DNA of 64,000 nt from Phaeosaccion multiseriatum (GCA_965112735.1 OZ218963.1:2976001-3040000), one strand, 5' to 3'; positions 39,039 through 50,686 are shown, counted from the first letter of the stretch. Program-made: numbers and translations. Notes: a model not told the origin generated them from the letters alone.

Positions 39039-41655
39039 CCGACTATCCCAGACGAAGCGCTTGCGCAAGCTTGAGGAAAACACAGTGAACTCGGGATTGG
39101 GCAGCTGAGAGCGTGCTCGCAGCAGCTTTGTGGCAAGAACTAGCGGGTGAGCGGCAAAGGTGCGTTTTTCTCCAACCTTGGTTTCGATAGAGAGAGAGGA
39201 CGGAAGGGGGTATACCCATAGAGATCAGCCGTGGGCAAGATAGGATCTCTTCTCCAGGAGTATACGAAACTTTTCATATGCAACGCATGCTCTTCCGCCT
39301 CCAGCTCGTTGGCAATTTTGCCCCTGAAGTTAGGGTACTCCACCTTCACAGTTGCATGTCTCTGAGACGTGGACGCTGCTCTATTCTACCGATTTTCAGG
39401 GCCCATCAGGGCGTCATCTCGTCCGCAGGACACGTCTGATGACCCCCGTACCGCCGCTGTCCATGGGCGGAGGGCAAGAGGTCTATCGCAGGTCGTCACC
39501 CGAGGTGGCCGAAAATGTGAGGGCGCACGAGAGGGGGAGAGGGCGTGAGATGGAAGGCTTCGCCTGGCAGTTACGAGCGGGGCAAGGGGTATTAACACCA
39601 CTCATATATAGCCTGGCTTGTGACCAAGTTTTAGCTTCAAAGGTCATAATCCCATGTGCAAAATCGCATACGTGTACTCCCCTCTCTTTTGCCTTTGAAG
39701 GGCCATTTTTGTGAGGTCATGAGCAGCCGATCCCACGCTCTGTCAGAGCATCGGTCTTGCTTAAGGGGCGTAATACTAACTCCCCTGCCCCCTGTTATTG
39801 CGGGACGTGGGGGTGGGGCTATCGGGGGGACTTCGACATCTTCTCCCGATGTCACTGCACAGGTGGGGAAGTATGAGGGTGGAGAGGAAAGGGAAGGAAC
39901 CTTCCCGGCAGAGTCAAGGGTTACACAAGGTATGTTGTGGCATCTAGTGTGTGAGCTGTCAGATGTCCAACTTTCGGCTTCAGCGAGCTTAACCAGACAT
40001 GGGAAATCACCTCGTGTCCACCTCCCTAATTTTGGCCCCTTGGGTTAGGTCATCACGAGGGTCATTACCGGGGCAGGAGAACGACTGCGGCGACCATCCT
40101 GCCTCTCTTCAGGGAGCGAGAAGGTAAGGAGCAAGGGGTTCACGAGCAGCAGTGGCCAGACGAGCGGGGGGAAGAGAAACAGGCGTCCAGATAGAAGTCA
40201 AGCTTATCCGCCTCGTCGTCCACCCCGGGGGACGCCGTTGCTGCACGATCAGCTGCAGCTCCTCCTGGCTACTGCGGATGAGCGTGCTCGTATTGAAGCC
40301 TACCAGCCACGAGTGAGAGAAGCTCAATCAAGCAGCAGCTGGACGCGCCATCGGCAGCCGAGGCGGCCATGGGAGCTGAGCCGGAGAAAGGGGGGGGGGG
40401 TAGCGTGCTGTTGCTGTGGGTGGTGGTGTTCGTCGTGGCACATGGTCGAGAAGTGATTGTGACTCAGGGGCGACAGGGCGATGAGCCGCAAGGCCATACT
40501 CAAGTCGCTGACCGCCCTGCAGGCAGGGAAAGTGGGGTGGAGGCCGTGGGAGGGGGGGTTGGAGCTGCCAGAGGAGGGCTTGGCGGGCTACCGAGACGGA
40601 TGTCGCAGGTAAGACGGGGCCTCGTGCAGCATCTATAGTAGTAGTAGCCGTAGCACCACCGATGTGGGGAGTAGGGGCAGTGTGTGTACAGTTGGAGCTG
40701 CCCATGTAATAAATTGGATAGAACAGACGAAAAATGCATATATAGCCTTGTAAACCGCAAACTCGCCAAGGAGAGCATGTGAAGTGTACCGAATCGGCGC
40801 ATGGTCATGAGCTATAGCCTAGCGTTGTATCTGGCCCATATCTATCGTCATACTCTCTCTTCCCCCTCGATCGAGGGTCAAAATGACCATGACAAGGGGC
40901 CCTTCACACTTGTAAATTCTCTCCCTCACTCTGTAGCTCCTGAAAGGACTCTTCGAGCCTCCCAGCACTCGGCTGACAATGTATCCCTCAAGTTTTCTCA
41001 AGGGTTTCACATCTCGTGGTCTGCTGGTCGCACACACTCCTCCCTCTCCTCACCATTTTTGAGGTGAAAACTGCTGCCATCAGTGTTTCCATCTCGCCTC
41101 ACCCCTTCCGCTCCACAGCACCTACAGCCGCACTCTTAGCTGCTCAACGTCGACTACCTCATGTGGGCCGCAGTCTCCTCGAAGCCATTCATCCCTCATG
41201 GGCTCTTGCTCGCACACGCTCTTCCCCCACTCCTGCCTTGTTTGAGGCCCAAATTCCCGCCAACGCAACGGACACTTCAGCTCCACATGTTGGCCCACTG
41301 TCACCAAAGACCGCACTCCCGGCTTCTCATCGGCTATTTTACTACACAATCCGTAGTTTGCCCTAAGATCATCACCTCTTGTGTGAGCTACACCTCTCTC
41401 TTTCTCCCTTGTTCAAGGGCAACGATCTCGTCAAACCATCAGCACATTTCACCTCCTAAAGCTCTCTATACAGACGCTGCAATCAGACTTTAAGCTGCTT
41501 AACATCTAAAATGCTGTCTTTATCTCAGATTTCCCGAAGCGCTTCGCCTGTAGTGCCCTATAGCGCGCACAATACCTCTATTGCCAAGCTCACTGTTTTT
41601 CAGGATTTCTACATTGTACTGACATTTATCGGGGTTAATTGACATACAAGGGCCC
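39037..41655. mobile_element. Foldback-like element family A, copy 2 (left ~120 bp missing)
   Basis: It is a direct repeat of 35726-38363 and its first ~160 bp are identical by eye. The right TIR at 41631-41655 is the perfect 25-bp reverse complement of 35605-35629. Confidence 0.85.
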
Positions 41656-41859
41656 GCCAAAACTTTGTTGCCTTACTAATTCTGAACCCTTTCTTCGTCT
41701 CTCCGCCTGACGATAATCCCATGTGGCGTGTGGGTGGGGCCGCCCGACCGGCTGTAGGCATGCACTCCTCGCAGGGCAGGCGGGGCGGAAAAAGATAACA
41801 AGAATCAAGTCTACCCCCGGGGGGGAGAAGGGGGGGGGGGGGGGGGGTTGGTTCGCCTC

Positions 41860-42160
41860 TCGAGAGGCCACATTTGATGGGCTCAGCAGGGAATTTTCCT
41901 TGACATGCACTGTAAGACGTTTTGTGTAGCGGGGTGGTGGTGTTTGGGGGTGCCAAGGAGGACCCTTCGTACAGGCTGACCATTCTCACTCACACTGTGT
42001 CAGCTCCGGTACACTCGTACTGACAGACAGACGAAATTGCGCCCAAGATTAGAGCCGCCCCGCTGCGCTGTTTACGTACCATCCATCGAGGCCGTTACAC
42101 TTGGCAGCTTTGAGGGTACACCAGGAACAGCTCTCTCTCCCTCTCTCTCTCTCTGTGCAT
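41860..42160 (-). pseudogene. Zn(II)2Cys6 (GAL4-type) zinc-cluster gene fragment or pseudogene
   Basis: The minus strand reads RESCSWCTLKAAKCNGLDG, then an intron ending at 42020 with a CTAAT branch-like motif, then YECTGADTV, then an intron, then ACQGKFPAEPIKCG. Five of six cysteines are correctly spaced and the fourth is disrupted at the splice junction. Confidence 0.55.
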
Positions 42161-42188
42161 GCAAGAGCGTGCCAGGGCCGAAAACCGA

Positions 42189-42349
42189 CCCCTGACGCAC
42201 TATCGCCCACATTCTCGATAGCGCGCTATCGGTCGCCGGCCGATAGCGGATAGCGGATCGGCTGGCGCCGGCGATAGCGGATAGCACGCCCCCCCCCCCC
42301 AAAGCCGGCTGGCGCCGGCGATAGCGGATAGCGGATAGTGCGTCAGGGG
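42189..42349. mobile_element. Short palindromic MITE, family C
   Basis: The TIR is CCCCTGACGCACTATC...GATAGTGCGTCAGGGG, with internal (gatagcg)n and ggctggcgccggc repeats and flanks ccga / tcga. Confidence 0.85.
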
Positions 42350-42573
42350 TCGAAACATAAATGCCTCGCGATGGGGTTGGGCGGTGGAGAGAAGTTGACG
42401 AGTCTGGGGTGCAATGCAGTAAGCACCAAAGCGTGGAGCGGCTTCATACAGGGATAGCTCCAAGCGATGGCCAACCCCCCGACTCTCGAAAAAGAGTCAT
42501 ACACACTTTTTACCCCAGGGTTTGGTGCTGTATCTATCCATATATATCTTACAGGTTGCAGGCCGACAGGTTG

Positions 42574-44808
42574 CTACCGCTTAACGGGCCGTCTCTTGCC
42601 TTGCTCCGAAGTTAGGGCCGTGTCCGTGCTATCTAAGGTCTTGAAAGCCTGATAGCTGAGATATATGTTCCACACAAAGCCCACGCAGTTGCTGAAGAGC
42701 ACTTGAAGCGGAGGGGAGACATACTTGAAGTTCAAGAGCACTTTGGTGGGGGGGGGGGGAGGTGGCGGAGAAGGCGGCACACAGGCAACGGAGCAGACAA
42801 AGACATAATACAAATAGAGAGAGAAGGATAAAGCGTTGGAGGGGCAAGAGAGGCCGAAACGCGCCAGAGGCTGTCCTTGGCGTACTTAGGCGAAAGTAAT
42901 GATAAGGTGCACGAACACATTCAGAAGACGCATGGAGGAGCAAGGCTGGCCAAGCCCTTGGAAGCGTGGGCATTCGACAACTCACTTGCAGGTATCCACA
43001 GGCTCCAGTTGCTGACGACCGTGGAGAAGAAATCCTGATCGCGGTGGGAGGACAAAAAAATGAGGGGGCAGGTTCAGAAGAGGAGGCACGCACGCGCATC
43101 CGAAAGACTTGAGGAGAGAGAGACACACAAAGAGAGAGAGAGAGTTACTTGCGGGCGGCACGGAGAAGCAGCAGCATCAGCAGCAGGGAAGAACATCAAC
43201 AGCGCAGCCAGCCCTTTGGGCCATTCCTTCACAACGTCAAACGACTTAGGCGTGAATCAGAGTGTACTCGAGGGGCGGGGAAGACGAGCAGAGGAGACTA
43301 TATACTATATATGGACCTGCTTTGTTCAGCCGTTGGGGGTTTGATTAGCGAGGAGGGGAGAGAACAGACAAGGCAAGGCCCCTACATACCCTCTTGAGCT
43401 TCTCCGGGACCTTGTCAGCCTTGCTCTCCAGTACCATGATGCTGCTCAAAAAGACTGAGATGAACACAGGTGCGAAGATGAACTGGTCTGATGCCACTCT
43501 CGCTACGATGACGGCGGTGCTCACGCCCGGCAGGCGTCTCCCCAGGAAGCCGTACCACGTGTGCAGTACCGGAGCGGTTAGGGCGGCACCCAAGAATGTA
43601 AACTTTGCCAATCGGCTTGGGTTTTCGTTGACGTTTGAGTGTGTGGGTGTGTGTGGTTGGTGTTGATGTGGAGGATGGGGTTAGTGGGCAGGGGATGGAA
43701 GAAGGTTAGGTCCTATGCCTGGAAAATAGTCACAAAAAGACGGCGGCGTGGGTATCTTGGCGCTACTCGTGCATGTTGTCTCACAAAGAAAGCTCCTCTC
43801 GCCAGATAAGGAAGGACATGCCAGTTCTCACCTCCAATCCATATCGAAGAGGATCTCCTCCTTACTGACTCTCCGGAGCCCGGCTAGCAGACGCTGCATT
43901 TCGCTCTCCTCCGCGTCCTCCTCCTCCTCCGCGTCCTCCTCCTCCTCTTCCTCCCCTTCCCCCTCCCCCTCCCCCTTTCCTGCCTCCTCTTCGTTCGTCC
44001 CTCTTTGCTGGCTCTCCTCCGTCCTCGTCTCGGCGTCTGTTTCGACAATCCTCCTTGCCACAATGATCTGTTGGCAGACAAAATCAGACATTGCTGCGAT
44101 GATCCCGCTGGTTATAGCCTTTGTCAGCAGAGGCCGCGCCTTTAACTGTTCCTGATACCAGGACCAAAATCCACGACGATCCCCACCACCCCCCCCTTCC
44201 CCTGCCCCCCCTCCCCCCCCCCCTCCACGGCCGCCTCCAGCCCCATCCCCTGCCTTCGCACCTTCCACTTCCCTCGTCCACATTCTTCCTCCTCCTGCTG
44301 CTGCTCCTCCTGATCCTTTTCCAACGCTCCGAGCCCCAGCCTGCTTCAAAGACATCCCCGACACGTCAATTGCAAGCAGGGACCATTCTGTGGCTCCACT
44401 GGCTATAGCTGTCTTCCTTTTCGCGCTTTGAAGCCACCACAGTGGAGGCCTGTTGTTGGCGCCGCCTTGTTGCGCAACTTCAAAGTGATGGAGCGTCTGC
44501 TGCGGCTGTGCCTGATTCTGGTGGTGGTACGACTGCTGCTGCTGCTTCTGTGGCTGAAGGCGGCAGGGATGGTGAAGTGGACGCCGGAGCGAGGAAGGGC
44601 CTCCCATGCATGGCTCTCCTAAGGAAGCGCCGCCGCCGCCGCCGCTGCTGCTGCTGCTGCTGCTGCTGCTGCATTGAATTGGGTGCGAGGTCGGCGGCTC
44701 AGCTTGGCACCTCGTTGATCTCAGGCTTAATTGACTACGAAAATGAGGCGGCCGTCGCCGATGCCTTCTCACGCCTACTAGCGCTCGCTCCACCTGTAAC
44801 ATCATCAT
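42574..44808 (-). CDS. Mpv17/PMP22 family membrane protein with a long N-terminal extension, multi-exon
   Basis: WYQEQLKARPLLTKAITSGIIAAMSDFVCQ, DW.RLAKF, PVLHTWYGFL, VASDQFIFAP, NWSLWIP and NFKYVSPPLQVLFSNCVGFVWNIYLS are present. Confidence 0.93.
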
Positions 44809-44937
44809 GGTTCACCGCATTGATGGTCCTCGAGGGGGACGAACCAGAGAGAGAAAGGGAGGAGAAAAAGGGGAGGAGGGATTGGCAGTTTGCGTTTCAG
44901 CTTCAGGAGCAAATCGCAAACCACTTCCTCTCTAATC

Positions 44938-47900
44938 ATGGCAGGGAAGAAGAAGGGCAAGGCGAGTCAGGAGAAGAAGGAGCAAAAGAAGCAAAGACAG
45001 GAGGCCAAGCAGAGCAAAGCTACCAAGAAGCAGGCCTCCAAGGTGCGGTCTCATTAATTTCTCCCCTCCGATCGCTCTCTCCTTGCCTTTCCCTACCAGG
45101 CTGTATCTTCTCCTGGCTCATGGGGACCACCACAAACCCCCTCTTTCTCTCTCCGTCTTTTGCTCCCTCTCTATCTATCCATCTGTTTTTCTCTCTCTAT
45201 CTCTCTCTCTCTCTTTCTTTCTCTCTTACTCTCTTCTCTTGTCCTTTCTCTCTCCCTCTCTGTCCCCATGTCTCTTTCCCTTAGGATGCAAAAGCGGTGG
45301 GAGAGGAGTCCATCGAAAGTATCTTGGCGGACATAGCGAAGAAGGAGGCTGAGCGCACCCACATAGATGTGACCGTGTGCCCCATCCCGCCCTCCCCCCG
45401 AGCCAACTTTAGCCTCACCGCCACGCCAACAGGCATGTAGAGTGGATGAGGCAGAGTAACTGCAAGGAAAGGGGCTTGTACCTCGCCTCTGACTAAATCC
45501 GACCCCTCAAACATGGTCTGAGTAGGCGACTTGTTGCTCTTCGGCGGAGAGTACTACGACGGACAGACTGCCAAATGCCACAACGAGCTGCTTCGCTGGA
45601 GCATTGACAAGGGAGAGTGGCGTCTCATTGAGAGCCCCAACACGCCCCCTCCGCGCTGCTCGCACCAGGCCCTCACGTACAAGGTAGGCAGGTACCTCAA
45701 GGTTTTTGGGCAAGCGGTGCATGTAGCTGGCCTAGAGCCCCTTTTCACCGCTACCCTATCTCACTTGCGCCTTTTCAACCCCGGCCCAAACAGGAGCACC
45801 TCTACATCTTCGGTGGAGAGTTTGCGACGAGTAAGTATCTTCACCTCACTCCGTCCCATATCCACCGTCTATCGCCCAGTCCCCCCCACCCACTGCCTCC
45901 TCTCCTTCACCACACACCAACACCACCCCTTCCCCTCACGGCCTACGTCCCCGACCTCTCTTCCCATTGTGACAGGTGAGCAATTCTTCCACTACAAAGA
46001 CCTGGTGCGCGCTTGGTTTCCCTGCCTTGCTCCCGTGCGTCCCTGTCCTCACCTTCGCTTTCTGTCGACGTCTCTCTTCTCGCTCTCTCTGTCTCTGTGT
46101 GTGTTTGGCACTTCAGTGGCGCCTGGATATCAAGACAAGCGCGTGGGAGGAGATTGAGATCAAGGGCAAGGGCCCGAGTGCCAGGAGCGGTCACCGGATG
46201 GTAGTGTGGCGAAACTATCTGGTGCTCTTTGGCGGCTTTTATGAGGCTTTCCGGGAGACGAAATGGTTCAATGACCTTTATTTGATGAGCCTGCAGGATT
46301 TCCGCTGGCAAAGGATTGACATCCCTCCCACTGCAGTGAGGCCCTCCGCCCGCAGCGGCCACCAGCTTGCTATTCACGTCGATCAGGTACAGAACGGTCC
46401 TGAAGCCTTGCCTTGAGTTGAGGTACAGAACACAGAGCCTGATGAAGCCTTGCCTTGAGTTGAGGCCCTTGCTCCGCTCTTGATCTTTCTCACGGGGTGA
46501 AGCGTCTGAGGCGTTACGCGGACGCACTGGGCTCCTTCGGACGGACATGTCCTCCTTTTCTTTAACCCTTTGTACGTGTGTATTCCTTGTCCGTCTATCC
46601 AAGGGAGGCGAACGCTGACGTCTTCCGCTGCCCCCTTTCCCGGCTCTGGCCACTCCCTCACTCACTCGACAGATGTTTTTGTACGGGGGCTACAGCAAGG
46701 AGAAGGTACGACAGGGTATAGGCGTGAGTTGATGGAGCACCGGCGTGCTCTAGACCTCGAGAGTATGTCGGGTTATTCCTGGACCCCCTGTACCGGAGGT
46801 GGGGTGCGCTTTCCCTCCAAGTCGTCTGTTGTCTTCGGTCTCTCTCCTTTGCACCAGGGGGAGGTCCCCTATACATGTACACGCACAAGACCCACAATTT
46901 TTGTCTCTTACGTTGTTGTCCACCACCGATCTGTGTGTGTTATTTATGTGTTACAGGAGGCAGGGAAGAAGTCGGAGGGCAAAGTTCACAATGACCAGTG
47001 GGTCCTGAATCTCAAGCCTGTACTGTCCAGCGGCATTCCTGTGTGGGACCGTATAGGGAAGAAAGGGGTCCCTCCCACCCCAAGATCTGGCGCAACGATG
47101 ACAGGTGAGCGAGCACCACCCCAGGCCTTGGGCTGGTCGTGAGAAAGGGGGCAGAATGACCCGATGGCAACCCCCCCTTTTTTGTCCATCATCATCAGCC
47201 ACCCCTTTGTTTATTCATCGAAGCGTGTGCCCACCCAGTGTCCACCCAGTGTGTGTGTATCTCATACGTATACCCCAATTTAATGTCTGACTTGAAACAG
47301 TGCATAAGGGCCGGGCCCTTCTCTTCGGCGGAGTCTATGACAAGGAGGTGAGCGAACGTAGGGAAGTAATACATTGACTTCCAAGTAGGAATTCACCAAC
47401 GTATACGTCTAAGGGAAGGACGGGAGAGAAGGGGGGCGAGGGGAGAGAAAGTCGAGAAGGAGATTCCTGCTGTGCTCCGTTGGTATTCGCTTCCGCCATG
47501 ACGCACCGATAGAACTTGTGTGCCTCATTCTGTGCCCCCCTAATAAGGGACCCCATCACGAGCTCGAGAGCGTTTTTTACAACGACCTGTACGCTTTCGA
47601 TATGGAGAGGAGGCAGTGGTACCGCCTGGCGCTGAAAACGCCGAAGGAGAAGGGCGAAGGAGGGAAGGCCAGGAAGATGAAAAAGAGACTGGCTGGGGTG
47701 GAGGAAGAAGGGAAAGAGGACGTAGAGGAGGAGGAGGAGGAGGAGGAGGAGGACTTCATAGACAGTGAAGATGAGGAGACGGAGGAGAATCGCTACAGCG
47801 AGAATGCCTTTGTGTATATAGATGAGCACGGCAAGCTGCAGTACATAGAGCCTGAAGAGGACGAGGAGCAGGAGGAGGAGAAGAAGAGGGGCGGGGGGGA

Positions 47901-49175
47901 TGTCAAGGCGCCAGCAGGAGCTGCGGCTGAAGACAGTGAAGCATGTCTACCGCCACCCCCGACGGGAGCAGAGGAAGGCGACTTGGTAGTACCAGCGCCG
48001 TCGGTGGCGTCGGATGCTTCTCCCCCTCCGGAGCCGCAACGTACGCCCACCTTGGCCGCCTCTGCAGAGGAAGCAGCTGCGGCCAATGCGGCTGCTGCGG
48101 CTGCTGCAGCTGCTGCCATGCGGGCTGTGCCGCTGCCTCGAATCAACCCCGCATTGGTTGTGCGGGGCAACACCCTCTTTATCTACGGGGGGCTGTTGGA
48201 GGTGAAAGACAGAGAGTACACACTTGACGACTGCTGGAGCATCGATCTCAACACCAGAACGGAGTGGAAGCGTTGCTTGGAAGGTAAGCATGTGTGTATA
48301 TGTGTATATGAGAGAAGGAGTGTTTGCTGTCTTGGGGTGAGAAATCATACATGCCCCTCCCCACCCAACCATGACTGAATGCGCTGCCTCTCTTTCCCCT
48401 CGACGCCCCTCTACCCACTTTTTGCCTCCTCCTCGCAGGCACGATGGACTCTCAGGTCTGGAGGGACGATGCAGAGCTGGACAGTGAGATGGGTAGCGAG
48501 ATGGGGGCGGATGAACACGAAGACGACGAGGACGAGGACGACGAGTGGGATGAGGAAGACGACGGTTACGGGGATGAGGACGAAGAGGAAGACGTGCAGG
48601 TGGTCAAGAGCATTGGAATGACGTGTGTGAGCCTCGATGACGATGGCGAAGAGCAGCAATCATCCCGGGACGAGGAGAAGGAGAAGGCGCGCCAGCGCAA
48701 GAAACAGGAGAAAAAGGAGGGCAAGGAGCGGAAAAAGGAGGGTATCCGAGGAGAGATTCGACGGCTGCAGGAGCAGCTCGCCCTGGACGACCCAAATCGG
48801 ACCCCCAATGGACAGGAGACGTTGCGAGAGTTCTACGCGAGGTAAGTTGGCCCTTCCTTGGTGGGCGGGGAAGTCTTCGTGCGCTGGTCCAGATCCCCTT
48901 TCTTCCCTCGCCTCTTATTTCCCTTACTCACTTCCCACAGGACCTGGGGGTACTGGGTAAGTCAGTGGATCGCTCGGCTTGAGGCGCAGGGTAGTCATGA
49001 AAAATTCAGCGAGAAGGAGCTGCGAAGAGACGCGTTTGCCCTTGCTGCAGAGCGGTTCGAGGAGCTGGCGCCTGTGCTGTCACGGCTCGCTGAGCTCGAG
49101 GCCGAGAGGGCAGAGCGAGAGGCCGAGAAGAGGAACGCCAAGTCTGCGGCCGGGGGAGGCAGAAAGCATAGATAG
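44938..49175 (+). CDS. KLHDC4: Kelch domain-containing protein 4 (KLHDC4/Kel3-like) with a C-terminal DUF4110-like domain, multi-exon
   Basis: MAGKKKGK.., PPSPRANFSL, LLFGGEYYDG, PPPRCSHQA, FGGEFAT.EQFFHYKDLWRLD, GPSARSGHRMVVWRNYLVLFGGFYE, FYNDLYAFD and the C-terminal RTPNGQETLREFYART..ELRRDAF are present. Confidence 0.93.
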
Positions 49176-49310
49176 TGTAGAGCAGACGGAGAGGGCAGAT
49201 CTGACCCACAAATGGAGCTTTGGGTCTCATTGGCTATGTGCAGCCATCACCGCAATCCCAGTGCGGACATTCATCTTCGCTGTCACTCGGACGACATGAC
49301 ATTCAATCGG

Positions 49311-49568
49311 CCCTGGACAAGGTTATCTGATTACTGATTATATGGCGCCAGCCGGGCCTGATTACTTCGGCCCCTGACATGCTTCTGAGACAGGCCAGCC
49401 CAGAAGCAGGAAGCAGGGTCGCCTTAGAAGCATGTCAGGGGCTCGACCCTGGACAAGGTTACAGTGTGCGCCGGCCATAATCAGTAATCAGGCCGGGTGG
49501 CGCCAATAATCAGTAATCCGGCCGGCTAACGCCGGTCATAATCAGTAATCAGATAACCTTGTCCAGGG
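49311..49568. mobile_element. Palindromic MITE family D (TGATTAC repeats) containing a nested mini-element E (49371-49441) and a second D left end (49447)
   Basis: The outer TIR is CCCTGGACAAGGTTATCTGATTACTGATTAT...ATAATCAGTAATCAGATAACCTTGTCCAGGG. The inner TIR is CCCCTGACATGCTTCT...AGAAGCATGTCAGGGG. Confidence 0.85.
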
Positions 49569-49921
49569 CCAAAGGGGCCGACCGCGTAACCGGAACACGA
49601 AAACACAGATTTCCCCCCGGGGGAAACGAAATTTGTTGACTTATGCGGCTCATACACACGTCGCATACGAGAAGTTTTCATTGAAGAGAGACAGGTAGGC
49701 AGCGCATCCGTTCCTTCCTCCTCTGGGCGTGGTACATGGACAGGTGAGAGTTGTGGTGCCTTTTTTTGGTAGGAAAGGCTTTGGTTGTTGGTTGCCGTTC
49801 CCTTCGAAAAGAGCATCTCATTTCGTACCCTCTCCTTTCCTTCCTCGTCCGCTCTATCTCTCTGGTCGTTCGCGAGCAGTTGGCCCTGATACACCATCAA
49901 GAGTGGAAAGGGAAAAAGGAG

Positions 49922-50686
49922 ATGCTGGGCCGGTGGTGCATGGGAGGCGACTCTGGTGCGGTAGAGGATGAGTGGGGAGACTTTTCGTTTGAAGATGCCA
50001 TGGTCGGCGAATTTAGCGGTAGCAGCAGCAGCGGAGACGCTTCGCGTACAGTAAAAGCAGTGCCCCGATACGGTCAGGAAGGTCCAGGGAAACTGTCTTC
50101 GCCGGAGCGTTCGTCTTTGGCCAGGGAGAAAGCGGTTCATGCCCTACCCCTCCCTGTTCAACTGTGCCATCCTGTGGCGCACGCAGTGCCAATTGCGTTT
50201 CACCCGGGGAGTTCCTACCTAGACGGAGAGGAGAGCTGCAGCAGCTTAGTGTGGGGGGATGGTGAGGAGGGCTGGAGCTGCTGCAGCACAAGTCTATCTG
50301 TAGCGGGTAGCATGAAGACAAGCGTTGCCGAGGATCTTGTCGCCGAGGAAGAGGAGGACGAGTACGGCACGCATGCCCAAGCAGCCTCACAGCAAACCCG
50401 CCGGCTGTGCATGCCGGCCCCCAACAGTAGCTTCTTGGCCTGCACTCCCCCCACCCGAGCAACCAACCCCCTGCAAATGGACCCCAGCTTCAGGGCCAAG
50501 CAAAGCCTGGCCCATGATGAAGCACATAGAATGAGGGTGGAGGTGAGGAAGGTGGAGCAGGCCATGGCGGATGGGCAAGACGGCAGCGGGACGGAGGACG
50601 AGGGGGAGGAAGGAATCTGTGCCACCTGTGCCACTATTGTGACGCCTGTGGCGGTGATGGTGGATGGGCAGGAGCATGTCTCGTGA
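49922..50686 (+). CDS. Single-exon hypothetical protein, mostly disordered, with a PPxRAxNPL motif
   Basis: The ORF is open from ATG 49922 or 49940 to the stop at 50686 and contains FLACTPPTRATNPLQMDPSF. Confidence 0.7.
   Translation: MLGRWCMGGDSGAVEDEWGDFSFEDAMVGEFSGSSSSGDASRTVKAVPRYGQEGPGKLSSPERSSLAREKAVHALPLPVQLCHPVAHAVPIAFHPGSSYLDGEESCSSLVWGDGEEGWSCCSTSLSVAGSMKTSVAEDLVAEEEEDEYGTHAQAASQQTRRLCMPAPNSSFLACTPPTRATNPLQMDPSFRAKQSLAHDEAHRMRVEVRKVEQAMADGQDGSGTEDEGEEGICATCATIVTPVAVMVDGQEHVS

Noticed and set aside
35829-41493. Short duplicated ORFs in element A (e.g. 35829-36038, 36041-36403, 36929-37327, 37500-37766) as genes or a transposase
   Set aside because: They have no recognisable domain or DDE motif. 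Differences between the copies are largely non-synonymous or frameshifting in the annotated frames.
42182-42356. 4-bp AAAC target-site duplication around MITE C
   Set aside because: It appears at only this copy. The other guild members show no equivalent duplication, so it may be chance.
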